A DNA stretch of 55,468 nucleotides from Bacteroidaceae bacterium (GCA_045578665.1 JAZNKR010000181.1:1-55468); one strand, 5' to 3'. Positions 9,359 through 19,509 are shown, numbered from the stretch's first letter. A program made the numbers and translations. Notes: generated by a model not told the origin, from the sequence alone.

Positions 9359-10690
9359 ATGAGAAAATTAACATCACTAATCATTCTGCTTGTGTCGGTG
9401 GCCGTCGTGCTTCGTGCCGAAGAGAGTCTCGCTACGGCCCCGATGACTTTGCAAGAGTGTCTTGTATATGCCCGTGAACATTCATCGGTTAATGTGCAGA
9501 ACCGATACAGATACGAACAGCAACGCATAGCCCTTGTGAATAGCGCCATGCAATTCCTGCCCTACATCAGCGCATCGGCAAATGCAAACATCAGCTTCGG
9601 ACGAGGCATCGACCCCGAAACCAACACATACGGTACCAAACAGACGCTTGGAACAGGATTCGGACTTTCAATGTCGCTCCCGCTTTTCGACGGACTTGTA
9701 AATGTGAACAATTATAAGATGAACAAGAGCTATCTCCGCGAGTCGGAAAGCAATGCCCGTATGAGGGCTGACGAGGTGTCGCTCTCGGTGATAAGGGCAT
9801 TCTACAATGTTGTCTACTGCAAGGAACTTGTCGGGCAGGTGCAGTTGGCATTGGAGGTGGCAAAGGAGAATTTGCACCAGACATGCCGACAGGAGTCGCT
9901 GGGAATGAAGTCCCGCGCCGATGTTGACGAAATGACAGCTATCGTTGCCGAGAATGAATACTCCCTTGTCAATCAGCAGAATCTGTTGGAGATTGCTCTC
10001 ATCGATCTGAAGTCGGCAATGTCGTGGCCGGTGGAAAAGGATATAGACATAGAGAGCCGTCTCCGGAATCCTGCGGAGGAGAGCCCCTTCAGTTGCGATG
10101 TGGACATTCTGGAGCTTCCGGCAGCCAGGATAGCAGGTGAGAAATTGCGCCAGCGCAAGTTGGCAGTGCGCATAGCCCGCGGCAATTTTGTCCCCTCGAT
10201 ATCACTCTCGGGCGGAATGTCGACATCCTACTACAAGACATTGAACATGAACTATGAAGCGCCACCATTCCATCGCCAGTTCAAGGACAACATAGGAAAG
10301 TCCATAAGTACCGGAATATCGATTCCTATCTTCGGTAGAATGAGCAAGTACAACAACCTCAGGAGCAGCAAACTATCCTACAAAATAGAGCAGGCGGCAT
10401 ACGACGAGACAATGCGTTCTCTCAGAACAGAGATGATGAAACTGGTGATGAACCTCGAGGGGGCACGCAAGGAGTATCTCGCCTCCATCAGCCGGCTCAC
10501 AGCCGTTGAAAGTTCCCATGCAGCCAACCAACGGAAATATGAACTCGGGAAAATATCGGCACTCGAACTCTCCACAAGCAGTTCGCGCCTTGCGCAGGCA
10601 CGTGCCACGCTCACAGGCAAACAGATACAGCTCATCATACAAAAGATGCAATACGACTACTATAACGGCAAACCATATATAAAAGAATAA
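9359..10690 (+). CDS. TolC-family outer-membrane efflux protein
   Basis: 443 aa. Signal peptide and two OEP/TolC-type repeats. First gene of the TolC-HlyD-ABC locus. Confidence 0.85.
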   Translation: MRKLTSLIILLVSVAVVLRAEESLATAPMTLQECLVYAREHSSVNVQNRYRYEQQRIALVNSAMQFLPYISASANANISFGRGIDPETNTYGTKQTLGTGFGLSMSLPLFDGLVNVNNYKMNKSYLRESESNARMRADEVSLSVIRAFYNVVYCKELVGQVQLALEVAKENLHQTCRQESLGMKSRADVDEMTAIVAENEYSLVNQQNLLEIALIDLKSAMSWPVEKDIDIESRLRNPAEESPFSCDVDILELPAARIAGEKLRQRKLAVRIARGNFVPSISLSGGMSTSYYKTLNMNYEAPPFHRQFKDNIGKSISTGISIPIFGRMSKYNNLRSSKLSYKIEQAAYDETMRSLRTEMMKLVMNLEGARKEYLASISRLTAVESSHAANQRKYELGKISALELSTSSSRLAQARATLTGKQIQLIIQKMQYDYYNGKPYIKE

Positions 10691-10694
10691 CACC

Positions 10695-11945
10695 ATGGAT
10701 AAAATAATAGAACAGAAAAAAGGATTGAAGAAGAAACATATTCCTTTCATCATCGGCGGAGCGCTGCTGGTGCTGCTCTTCGGCTGGATGCTCTTTGGCG
10801 ACCACAGCAGCAAGATGCGCATCGACACAAAGAACATAATCATCAGCAAGGTAGAGCAGGGTAGTTTCAACGACTACATCCGCATAAACGGACAGGTACA
10901 GCCGGCAACGGTGGTACACGTGTCGGCACTCGAAAGCGGCATAGTCGACTACAAACCGGTGAAGGAGGGTGCAATGGTCAAGCGCGGCGATGTAATCCTT
11001 GTACTTCGCAACCCCAATCTTGCGCAGGAGACACTCAACAGCGAGTCGCAGCTTGCCGAACGGCAGAATATGTTGCGCGATACGGAGATTAACATGGAGA
11101 AGGATAAACTATCCATGCAACAGTCGAAACTGAGCGCAATAACCGATGCCAACCGCACCCGTCGCGCCTACGAACAGATAAAGACCCTTTACGACGAAGG
11201 GCTATCCTCGCGCGAGGAGTATTTGCGTGCCAAAGAGGACTACGAACTTGCACAGAACCAGCTTGACCTGCTCATCGAGCGTCTGCATCAGGATTCGCTC
11301 TATCGCAGTGTGCAGCTTGCCAAGATGCAGGAGAGCCTGAATAATATGCAGGAGAATCTGACACTTGTGCGTCAGCGGGCAGACAATCTGAAGGTGAAGG
11401 CTACATACGACGGGCAGTTGGGCAGTTTTTCTGCCGAACTTGGGCAGAATATCGGTGCCGGAACATTGATAGGACAGATAAACGTACTTGGCGAGTATAA
11501 GATAACCGTCAACATCGACGAGCGTTACATCGATCGCATAACAGCAGGGCTTCCGGGCACATTCGAGCGTCAAGGTGTGGAGTATGCGGTGGCAGTAAGC
11601 ACAGTCTATCCCGAGGTGCGCAACGGACAGTTCCGTGCCGATCTTACCTTCAGCGACGAGGTACCCGAAAATATCCGCGTGGGGCAGACATACTACATCA
11701 ACCTTGAACTTGGCGAGCCTACTCCTGCGATGCTTATCCCGCGCGGAAGTTTCTTCGGCGTTACCGGTGGAAAATGGCTTTTCGTGGTGTCGCCCGACGG
11801 CAGCGAGGCTGTGCGCCGCGAAATAAGGATAGGCCGTCAGAATCCGCAATATTATGAGGTGCTCGAAGGCTTGTCGCCCGGCGAAAATGTTGTAATTTCG
11901 GGCTACGATAGTTTCGGCGATTCAGAGAAACTAATGCTGAAATAA
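10695..11945 (+). CDS. HlyD/MacA-family periplasmic adaptor (membrane fusion protein)
   Basis: 416 aa. N-terminal TM helix, long coiled-coil hairpin and beta-barrel C-terminus. Separated from the TolC gene by 4 nt. Confidence 0.85.
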   Translation: MDKIIEQKKGLKKKHIPFIIGGALLVLLFGWMLFGDHSSKMRIDTKNIIISKVEQGSFNDYIRINGQVQPATVVHVSALESGIVDYKPVKEGAMVKRGDVILVLRNPNLAQETLNSESQLAERQNMLRDTEINMEKDKLSMQQSKLSAITDANRTRRAYEQIKTLYDEGLSSREEYLRAKEDYELAQNQLDLLIERLHQDSLYRSVQLAKMQESLNNMQENLTLVRQRADNLKVKATYDGQLGSFSAELGQNIGAGTLIGQINVLGEYKITVNIDERYIDRITAGLPGTFERQGVEYAVAVSTVYPEVRNGQFRADLTFSDEVPENIRVGQTYYINLELGEPTPAMLIPRGSFFGVTGGKWLFVVSPDGSEAVRREIRIGRQNPQYYEVLEGLSPGENVVISGYDSFGDSEKLMLK

Positions 11946-11960
11946 GAATGTAAAAGAAAT

Positions 11961-12098
11961 ATATTCCTCCTCTTGAAGAGGAGGTGGATTCAAAAATAAG
12001 TTTTTGAAGACGGAGGAGTTCAAAAAATGCAGTAATTTTTCGCGGTATTCGGGAACTCCCTCCCCCTACGGGGACTCCCTCTTCAAGAGGGAGAATAT
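11961..12098. mobile_element. 138-bp palindromic MITE/REP-like element with ~21-bp terminal inverted repeats
   Basis: Left end atattcctcctcttgaagagg, right end cctcttcaagagggagaatat. Internal hairpins are cctcctctt/aagaggagg and tcaaaaa-taag-tttttga, plus the arm ggaggagttc...gaactccctcc. Confidence 0.6.
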
Positions 12099-12150
12099 AG
12101 AAATAAATGTTTTTTTTAACTAGGTTATAAAAATATTAAAAAATACGATT

Positions 12151-12834
12151 ATGAAACTAAGTACAGAAAATTTGGAAAAGGTGTTCCGTACGGAACTTGT
12201 GGAAACAGTTGCATTAAACGGTGTTTCGATAAATGTGAACGATGGCGAATTTGTGGCAATCATGGGTCCGTCGGGTTGTGGAAAATCCACACTGCTCAAC
12301 ATTTTGGGATTGCTCGACAACCCTTCGGCCGGCAGCTACAAGATTGACGATGTTGAGGTCGGCGCCCTCAAAGAGAGGGAGCGTACAGCCTACCGTCGTG
12401 GAAAGATAGGCTTCGTATTCCAGTCGTTCAATCTCATCGAGGAGATGACAGTGGAGGAGAATATAGCCCTGCCTCTGACCTACCTGAACTATTCGTCGAC
12501 CGAGCGCAAGAAGATGGTCGAAGAGGTTATGCTCAGCCTGAACATTGCCCATCGTGCAAAGCATTTCCCCAACCAGTTGTCGGGTGGTCAGCAGCAGCGT
12601 GTGGCCATAGCCCGCGCGGTGGTTACAAAGCCCGGCCTTATCCTTGCCGACGAGCCTACGGGTAACCTCGACTCAAAGAACGGTAGCGATGTGATGGCTA
12701 TACTCTCGGAACTGAACCGACAGGGCACTACCATTGTGATGGTTACCCACTCGAAAAGGGATGCTAAATTTGCCAACCGTGTGATTAATCTCTTCGACGG
12801 TCTTGTGGTGGATACACTTGAGGACCGCATGTAG
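12151..12834 (+). CDS. MacB/LolD-type ABC transporter ATP-binding protein
   Basis: 227 aa. Walker A GPSGCGKST, signature LSGGQQQRVAIARA, Walker B LILADEPTGNLD. Confidence 0.92.
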   Translation: MKLSTENLEKVFRTELVETVALNGVSINVNDGEFVAIMGPSGCGKSTLLNILGLLDNPSAGSYKIDDVEVGALKERERTAYRRGKIGFVFQSFNLIEEMTVEENIALPLTYLNYSSTERKKMVEEVMLSLNIAHRAKHFPNQLSGGQQQRVAIARAVVTKPGLILADEPTGNLDSKNGSDVMAILSELNRQGTTIVMVTHSKRDAKFANRVINLFDGLVVDTLEDRM

Positions 12835-12839
12835 TATGA

Positions 12840-12961
12840 ATATTCCTCCTCTTAATAGAGAAGGTGGATTCAAAAACAAGTTTTTGAAGACGGAGGAGTT
12901 CTAAAGCATATTCATTGTTGCAGATGTTAGAACTCTCCTCCTACGAGGCTTCCTTAAATAT
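12840..12961. mobile_element. Second copy of the palindromic MITE/REP-like element (right arm degenerate)
   Basis: atattcctcctcttaatagagaaggtggattcaaaaacaagtttttgaagacggaggagttc...gaactctcctcc. Begins 6 nt after the ATPase stop codon. Confidence 0.55.
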
Positions 12962-12984
12962 TTTTTATCGTAAACAATCATACA

Positions 12985-15408
12985 ATGATACGTAATTTTA
13001 TAAATACACTCAGACGCTACAAACTCTCCTCGGCATTGAATATAGTTGGGCTTGCCATAGCGATAGCCGCATCGTATATCCTGTTTGTGCAATCGACCTA
13101 CGAACTTGGCTACAACAAGAATATAAAAGATGCCGACCGCCTTTTCCGCATGGAGCAGAACTTTTACGCCGTAGGCAGCGATTACTCGGCACACTGGAAC
13201 GCTCCGCTTGCAAGAGTGCTGCTTGATGGCAATCCCGCAGTCGAGGCCTATCACTTCGGGTATATTCATGGCTCACTTGTCGACCACTGCTTTGAAAAGA
13301 CACCCGAAGCGCCATCGCTGAAACTCATCGGACTGGAATTTACAATGGAGGCTTTCAATGCGCTCGGCTTCGAACTTGTCGAGGGCAATTTTGAACCTGT
13401 GAGCAAGCGCATGGCTGTAGCCTTCAGCCGTCTGACAGCCGAAAAATACGACATAAAGGTTGGCGACCACGTTTCGTGGGGCAGCACATATAATCCTTCT
13501 GCGGCGATGCCTGTTGCTGCCATTTTCGAGGATTTTCCCGAAAATTGCGACCTTGCAGGGTTGCAGGCAGCCTACGGCGACTATTGGGACAAAATATCGA
13601 ACAACGACGGAAGCAATTGGAACAATCCCTGTTATGTGAAATTGAACAGCGCCGACGATGTTGAGGCCTTCTACGACTTTGCATGGCAACGCTTCATGGA
13701 GGATGAAGGCTCCAAAGAGCAGTTGGAACAGTGGGGTATCACACGCGAGACTCTTTACAAGAAATTGCGCCTTACACCCTTCACCGAGACATATTTTGCA
13801 TCGGGCATATCGGGCGGCGACCTTGCAACCGGCAACATCATTGCCGTATATACAATGCTGACGATGGGAATCTTGGTACTGCTGCTTGCCTTCATCAACT
13901 TCTTCAATTTCTATGTTGCGCTCATCCCCAAGCGCATACGCAGCATAAATACACAGAAAATTATGGGTGCATACACCGCTACGCTCCGCACAGGCATTCT
14001 GCTTGAGTCGCTTCTCATGTGTATGATAGCCGTGGCTGTGGCAGCTCTGTTGGTGCGTGTCGCATCGTTGAGTGGCATTGCGCAGTTGCTCTCTACCACC
14101 CTCGACTTTGGCAATCATAGGGCGCTTGCGGCAGGTATGCTGTGTGCTGTGCTGCTGTTGGCTGTGCTCACTGCACTTTACCCTGCCTACTATCTTACAT
14201 CATTTTCGCCGGCATTTGTGCTGAAGGGCAGTTTCGGTGCAAGCGCTTCGGGCAGGCTGCTGCGCAACACTCTCATAGGAGTGCAGTTTGTGGTGGCATT
14301 CATCTTCATCATCGTCGCATCGTTCATCTATTTGCAGTACCGCTTCATGCAGACGTATGACATGGGATTCGAAAAGGAGAATGTAATCGCCTTCAATCTT
14401 GGACGGGTAAGCTACAACCATACGCTGGCAGACAAGCGCGAGACGGTGCGTTCGGCATTCATGAGCAACCCCGATATTCTGGATGTTACTTTCGGTTACG
14501 AGGATATTGTGCGGGTCGGTGGAATGTCGTGGGGACGCAATTTCAGAGATAAAGAGAATATTCAGTTCAAGGTCTACCCTGTGCACTACAATTTCCTTAA
14601 GACAATGGGTATCGACATTGTAGAGGGTCGCGACTTCACTGCCGACGATGCCCGCAGTGGCAACCGCTATATTTTCAACAGGGCGGCGAAAGAGAAGTAT
14701 GGACTCAGCGTAGGCGAAATTGTGCCCGGAACCCACGATGGCGAGGCGTCCGAAGTGGTTGGTTTCTGTGAGGACTTCAATTACCGTCCTCTCTACTACC
14801 CGATAGAGCCGTATGCCTTCTACATATTCCCTCCGCACGACGAATGGCAGGGTTGCAGCTATCTTTACATAAAGACACGCCCCGGAAGTTCGTTTGCCGA
14901 AGTGTCGCAGTTCATCAAAGATGAGACGATGAAACTGAATCCTAAACTGATGTCGCTCAACGTGGAACCTGTACTCTTCGAACAACAGTTGGAAACTGCT
15001 TTCTACCGTAAGGAGTATAATCAGTTTGTAGTCATTTCGCTCTTCTCGCTGCTCTCTATTGTGATTGCTCTGCTTGGCGTGTTTGGTCTTGTATTCTTCG
15101 AGACAGAGTATCGCCGCAGCGAGATTGCCATCCGCCGTGTGAACGGTGCATTGGTAAGCGACATTCTGATGCTCTTCAGTGGTCGTTTCGTCAAGGTGCT
15201 TCTGGTCTGCTTTGCCATTGCTGTGCCCATAGCCACATATTTCATGACAACGTGGTTGCAGGAATTTGCCTATAAGACAGAGCTCCATCTGTGGGTCTAT
15301 GCAGTAGCTTTCTGTGTGGTTGTACTGCTGGTGGTTGCTGTGGTGGTAACAAGTTCGTGGCGTGTCGTTATCCAGAATCCTGTGGAGGTTATCAATAGGG
15401 TACAGTAA
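12985..15408 (+). CDS. FtsX/MacB-type ABC transporter permease (double-module, ~800 aa)
   Basis: 807 aa. N-terminal TM helix, periplasmic MacB_PCD-like domains and two FtsX-type 3-4 TM bundles. Confidence 0.85.
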   Translation: MIRNFINTLRRYKLSSALNIVGLAIAIAASYILFVQSTYELGYNKNIKDADRLFRMEQNFYAVGSDYSAHWNAPLARVLLDGNPAVEAYHFGYIHGSLVDHCFEKTPEAPSLKLIGLEFTMEAFNALGFELVEGNFEPVSKRMAVAFSRLTAEKYDIKVGDHVSWGSTYNPSAAMPVAAIFEDFPENCDLAGLQAAYGDYWDKISNNDGSNWNNPCYVKLNSADDVEAFYDFAWQRFMEDEGSKEQLEQWGITRETLYKKLRLTPFTETYFASGISGGDLATGNIIAVYTMLTMGILVLLLAFINFFNFYVALIPKRIRSINTQKIMGAYTATLRTGILLESLLMCMIAVAVAALLVRVASLSGIAQLLSTTLDFGNHRALAAGMLCAVLLLAVLTALYPAYYLTSFSPAFVLKGSFGASASGRLLRNTLIGVQFVVAFIFIIVASFIYLQYRFMQTYDMGFEKENVIAFNLGRVSYNHTLADKRETVRSAFMSNPDILDVTFGYEDIVRVGGMSWGRNFRDKENIQFKVYPVHYNFLKTMGIDIVEGRDFTADDARSGNRYIFNRAAKEKYGLSVGEIVPGTHDGEASEVVGFCEDFNYRPLYYPIEPYAFYIFPPHDEWQGCSYLYIKTRPGSSFAEVSQFIKDETMKLNPKLMSLNVEPVLFEQQLETAFYRKEYNQFVVISLFSLLSIVIALLGVFGLVFFETEYRRSEIAIRRVNGALVSDILMLFSGRFVKVLLVCFAIAVPIATYFMTTWLQEFAYKTELHLWVYAVAFCVVVLLVVAVVVTSSWRVVIQNPVEVINRVQ

Positions 15409-15425
15409 ATTTAAAATCTAATGAC

Positions 15426-17885
15426 ATGAAAGCACTAAGAAATTTATATATCACTCTGCGTAGCATGCCTGTAGTAACGGGGTTGAACATCTTTGGTCTT
15501 GCCGTCGCAATATCCGTGGCATATATGATATTTGTGCAAGTGAACCACGAACTTGGCTTCAATAAGGGGATAAAGGATGCCGACCGAACTGCTTTAATCA
15601 TGAGCGACGGCAATTTTATGGGCGAACGAAATATCAGTACCAATATGTCGCGCGGTGCGGTGGAATTTATACGCAACAGTGTGCCTATGGTTGAGAAAGT
15701 AGGATCTATAAATATTCTCGGCAACCGTCGCGGTGGTTGTACCGAGGACAATCCCGAAGGCTTTCTGTTCAATGTCAGCAACATTCTCTATCCTGCTACT
15801 ACATTGGAAATGTTTGGATTCGAAATTGTCGATGGCGACACAGCCTCACTTGCCACCTACGGCAATATGGCTGTCAGCGAGAGTTTTGCCCACCGCCACA
15901 ATCTGAAGCTCGGTTCGCGTATAGGCTACACATACAGCGAGGATATACCTATCTTCAGCGAGGCATACTGGAAGGGAACGGTTACTGCCATCTACCGCGA
16001 CTTCCCTGAAAATTGCGACCTTGCGACGCTCGATGCCATCGGCTTTTTCGACAATAACGACCTGAATGACTGGAACAACTGGAACTACCAGGTGTATGTA
16101 AAACTTGCCGATGGATGTACATTTGCCGAATTTGACAGCACACTGACGAAACTCTTTGTCGAGGAACAGGCGAGAATCAAACGCGACGGCGATCCCAAAC
16201 GCTATTTTACCGTTCCGGTAAGTGAACTTTACTATAATCAGCCGGCAGAAATCAAGTACAGCTTTCCATCGTCGAAGGGCGACCTTTCAACCACTCTGTC
16301 GCTTGCCGCCATTGCTGTGGTGTTGCTGTTGGTGGCATTCATCAACTATCTGAACTTTGTGATGTCGCTTATCCCCATGCGTACACGAAGTGTGAATACA
16401 CAACGCATAATGGGTGCGTCGGTTGAGTCGTTGCGCCTTGATTTTATCGCCGAGTCGTTCCTCTTCCTGTTGGCGGCTGTGGTGCCGGCGCTCTTCATTG
16501 TGGCGGTTGTCGGCAAAAGCGATCTTTCGTCGCTCTTCATAACCTCGGTGGATGTTGCGGAGCATTGGGACACAATGCTCGGAATAGTTGTGGCAGGTGT
16601 GCTGCTGTCGCTGCTCGTTTCGCTCTATCCGGCGTTCTACATCACCTCCTTCTCACCTGCCTTTGCGCTGAACGGCAATTTCGGACGTGGCAAAAAGGGC
16701 ATCGCACTGCGCACACTGCTCATAGGGGTGCAGTTCTTCGTATGTTTCGTGCTTATCGTGGCGGCTCTTTTCATCTGGTTGCAGAACCGCTATCTGATGT
16801 CGGCAGACATGGGCTTCAACCGCGAGCATCTCCTCACCGTGGAACTTCCTCAGAAGCTATATTTTCTTGAGGGGCAAACTCCACGCGACGAACTTGCCGA
16901 CAAATTGATGCAAGGCGGTTATGTGAAGGATGTTGCCTTCTCCAACGGCGACTTCATAGCCAACCGTCGCTGGACGGTGGGACGCACCATCAACGGCCCG
17001 CTACCCGAAAATGTAAGCAGGGACATTAACTTCTCACCATTCCAGGTGTCGTGGAATTTCCTTCAGGTGATGGGCGTAGAAATAGTCGATGGACGCGGCT
17101 TCTTGCCCGAAGATGTACAGAGTGCCTGTGGCGGGCTTGTCTTCACCGAGGCGGCAAAGGCGCAGTATAATTTGACGACGGACAACAGCGTCGCTCCGCG
17201 AGGAATGGATGTCCCCATCGTAGGTTTCTGCCGCAATGTGAATGCGCGTTCTCTGCACGAATTGCAGGGTGCCTTTGCCTTCTATTGCATGGGGCAGGAC
17301 GAAATGGGAGTACCGGGCAAGAAGTTTTATGCCATGCGCAACCTCTACATCCGCCTTGTGGCAGGTGCGGATGTAGCAGAGGCTGTGGAGCATATAAGAA
17401 AGTGTATTGTGGATTATTTCCCCGGCATTGCGCCTGCATCGTTCGATGTGGAGTTTTTCGACGATGTGCTGCGCCGTCAGTACGAGAGGGAACAGCGCCT
17501 TGCTATGATGGTGGGACTGTTTGCCGCGGTGGTGATAATTGTGTCGCTCATGGGATTGTTTGCAGCAGTGCTGTTCGAAGTCAAGTTTATGGAGCGAGAG
17601 ATTGCCCTGCGTCGTGTGAACGGTGCCATGACAACCGACATATTCATGATGATAAATTGGAAATATATTAAAATCCTTATAATAAGTTATGTGTTTGCCA
17701 CGCCCTTGTCCTGCCTGATTGTTAACGGCTGGTTGCAGTCGTTTGCCTATAGGGTGGATATTCGTCTGTGGGTGTTTGTCCTATCGTTTGCCGCGGTGGT
17801 GATGGTTGCTACCTCTGTCGTTACCTTCACTTCGTGGCGCGTGGTCAGCCGCAATCCGGTGGATGTCCTTGGCAGGGGCAATTGA
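15426..17885 (+). CDS. FtsX/MacB-type ABC transporter permease, paralog of 12985-15408
   Basis: 819 aa. Same architecture with collinear motifs (YNKNIKDADR/FNKGIKDADR; FPENCDLA in both; RRVNGA). Confidence 0.85.
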   Translation: MKALRNLYITLRSMPVVTGLNIFGLAVAISVAYMIFVQVNHELGFNKGIKDADRTALIMSDGNFMGERNISTNMSRGAVEFIRNSVPMVEKVGSINILGNRRGGCTEDNPEGFLFNVSNILYPATTLEMFGFEIVDGDTASLATYGNMAVSESFAHRHNLKLGSRIGYTYSEDIPIFSEAYWKGTVTAIYRDFPENCDLATLDAIGFFDNNDLNDWNNWNYQVYVKLADGCTFAEFDSTLTKLFVEEQARIKRDGDPKRYFTVPVSELYYNQPAEIKYSFPSSKGDLSTTLSLAAIAVVLLLVAFINYLNFVMSLIPMRTRSVNTQRIMGASVESLRLDFIAESFLFLLAAVVPALFIVAVVGKSDLSSLFITSVDVAEHWDTMLGIVVAGVLLSLLVSLYPAFYITSFSPAFALNGNFGRGKKGIALRTLLIGVQFFVCFVLIVAALFIWLQNRYLMSADMGFNREHLLTVELPQKLYFLEGQTPRDELADKLMQGGYVKDVAFSNGDFIANRRWTVGRTINGPLPENVSRDINFSPFQVSWNFLQVMGVEIVDGRGFLPEDVQSACGGLVFTEAAKAQYNLTTDNSVAPRGMDVPIVGFCRNVNARSLHELQGAFAFYCMGQDEMGVPGKKFYAMRNLYIRLVAGADVAEAVEHIRKCIVDYFPGIAPASFDVEFFDDVLRRQYEREQRLAMMVGLFAAVVIIVSLMGLFAAVLFEVKFMEREIALRRVNGAMTTDIFMMINWKYIKILIISYVFATPLSCLIVNGWLQSFAYRVDIRLWVFVLSFAAVVMVATSVVTFTSWRVVSRNPVDVLGRGN

Positions 17886-17975
17886 GAAACAGTTTTGATT
17901 TTCAATACAAAGGCCGATGCTGCCGCTTCGTCGTGAGACGCGGCGGCAATATCGGCTTTAATGCTGTTATCTGTT

Positions 17976-18031
17976 TTATAGCTTTGCTGCTCCCTCTATT
18001 ATCTTCACAATAGTCATCATTGCCTTTCTTT
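17976..18031 (-). pseudogene. Relic duplicate of the pepT 3' end (last 16 codons plus stop)
   Basis: The minus strand reads [17 protein letters not shown]. This is identical in protein to the true pepT C-terminus at 19510-19562 but differs at ~7 synonymous or flanking nucleotides. Confidence 0.75.
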
Positions 18032-18076
18032 AAGAGAAAGCAACTTCAATCATGTTAAGTAATTTATAGAACTTCT

Positions 18077-19231
18077 CTAAAGAAGTTTTTTCAGTTCTTC
18101 GACAGGAGGGAGCAATCTCTTCAAGCGTTCATCCATATCGGCTGTAGTCTTATATGTAGCCACACCCATAGGCTTGTCATAATCTTGAATTACGTATTCA
18201 ACAAATTTCTTATTAGCACTTTTGCAAAGGATAATACCTATTGAGGGATTCTCGTTAGGCTTTCGTACTTCATCATCGAGTATACGTAGGTATCCGGCCA
18301 GTTGACCCAAATATGAAGTCCTGAATGGACCGTCCTTTAACTCAACACATACAAGTGCAGCCAACTCTCTGTTGAAGAATAGCAAATCAGGAAACTCTTC
18401 TACACCGAATTTTTCCAAATGATATTGGTTGCCTACAAATGTGAAATCCTTGCCGAATGTCATAATAAACTCTTTTACATTCTGCACTATACGCTGTTCT
18501 ATCACGCGTTCGTTTCTGTCCTTATCACGAATGAAAAGTTCTTCGGTATTGATAAAATCAAGCAGATATTCATCCTTGAACATCGTGATGGCACGATACG
18601 CTTGCAATTGATCGGGAATTGTTTTCTTGAAATTATTTGGTAATTCTCCTTGATGACTATACAAATCATCATTTATAATCAGCTCCAAATCCTCAACCTT
18701 TGCTTTGGTGTCTGCCGCAAATTGAATATAAAATTTCCTTTGCTCGACATCCTTGACTTTGCTGATGATGGCATAATGGTGTGTGAAACCGATATTCATA
18801 AATGCGGCAATCGGGAAATTTGCATCTATCTTAAACTGTACAATTGGTAATTCGTTCGTTGGAACGAACGAATTACTATCAATATCTACAAATTCGTTCG
18901 TTGAAACGAACGAATTATCTGAAAGCATCTGCCACTCTTCGTAAAAAGTACGCATCTTTCGTAAACTTGCAGCAGAAAAGCCTCTTAATCCTGGTAATTC
19001 TTTGCGAAGTTGCTCGCTGACTGCTTCAATGAAGCCTTTACCCCAATTCTTATTTCGAGTATTCATTGAAACAAAGCGTCCAATTCCATAATAAAGTGCC
19101 AACTGCTCTTGGTTTATAGCAGCTAACGCACGCTGTTGACTATGCAGAATCGCACTCTTAATAGCCTGAACAGCATTGGTCAGTACCGCATGCTCTGTTG
19201 TGTTAACTATATCACTCATATTAATATTCAA
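18077..19231 (-). CDS. yhcG: DUF1016/YhcG-family PD-(D/E)xK nuclease-domain protein
   Basis: 384 aa. N-terminal helical DUF1016 region and a C-terminal nuclease-like core (PDLLFFNRELAALVCVELKDGPF). The gene is AT-rich relative to its neighbours. Confidence 0.75.
   Translation of the reverse strand: MNINMSDIVNTTEHAVLTNAVQAIKSAILHSQQRALAAINQEQLALYYGIGRFVSMNTRNKNWGKGFIEAVSEQLRKELPGLRGFSAASLRKMRTFYEEWQMLSDNSFVSTNEFVDIDSNSFVPTNELPIVQFKIDANFPIAAFMNIGFTHHYAIISKVKDVEQRKFYIQFAADTKAKVEDLELIINDDLYSHQGELPNNFKKTIPDQLQAYRAITMFKDEYLLDFINTEELFIRDKDRNERVIEQRIVQNVKEFIMTFGKDFTFVGNQYHLEKFGVEEFPDLLFFNRELAALVCVELKDGPFRTSYLGQLAGYLRILDDEVRKPNENPSIGIILCKSANKKFVEYVIQDYDKPMGVATYKTTADMDERLKRLLPPVEELKKLL
18849..18916. 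repeat. Two 26-nt perfect palindromes, 42 nt apart, inside the yhcG CDS
   Basis: aattcgttcgttGGaacgaacgaatt (18849-18874) and aattcgttcgttGAaacgaacgaatt (18891-18916). They encode the duplicated peptide NSFVSTNEF / NSFVPTNEL. Confidence 0.9.
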
Positions 19232-19306
19232 TTATTTGATTTATCTTGAATAGTCAATATCTGAAAACAAGATAAATGAAAAGATTTAGAAGCCGAAACC
19301 GCCACG

Positions 19307-19314
19307 CAAATATA
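19307..19314 (-). promoter_or_regulatory. Candidate -7 box (TATATTTG) for yhcG
   Basis: CAAATATA on the plus strand, ~76 nt upstream of the yhcG ATG. Same gcaaatata...ttttctaataaaatt context as at 72-79 and 30679-30686. Confidence 0.45.
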
Positions 19315-19428
19315 AAAACATTTTCTAATAAAATTTATATTACTGTCCGCTAAAAATAATGATCTAAGTCGCTCATATAATTGGTATGCAAAAAGTGATT
19401 CTTTTGAAAGCGATACGTTGGATTTTAG

Positions 19429-19466
19429 TAAAAAAAAGAAAGGCGCAAGTTACTTCCGCGCTTTAC
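19429..19466 (-). terminator. Rho-independent terminator downstream of pepT
   Basis: The minus strand reads aaagcgcg-gaagtaactt-gcgccttt followed by a T8 run, ~45 nt after the pepT stop. Confidence 0.65.
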
Positions 19467-19509
19467 ACTTGAGAGTAATATGTGCCTTTCTGTAGATGTA
19501 GTGTGGTAA

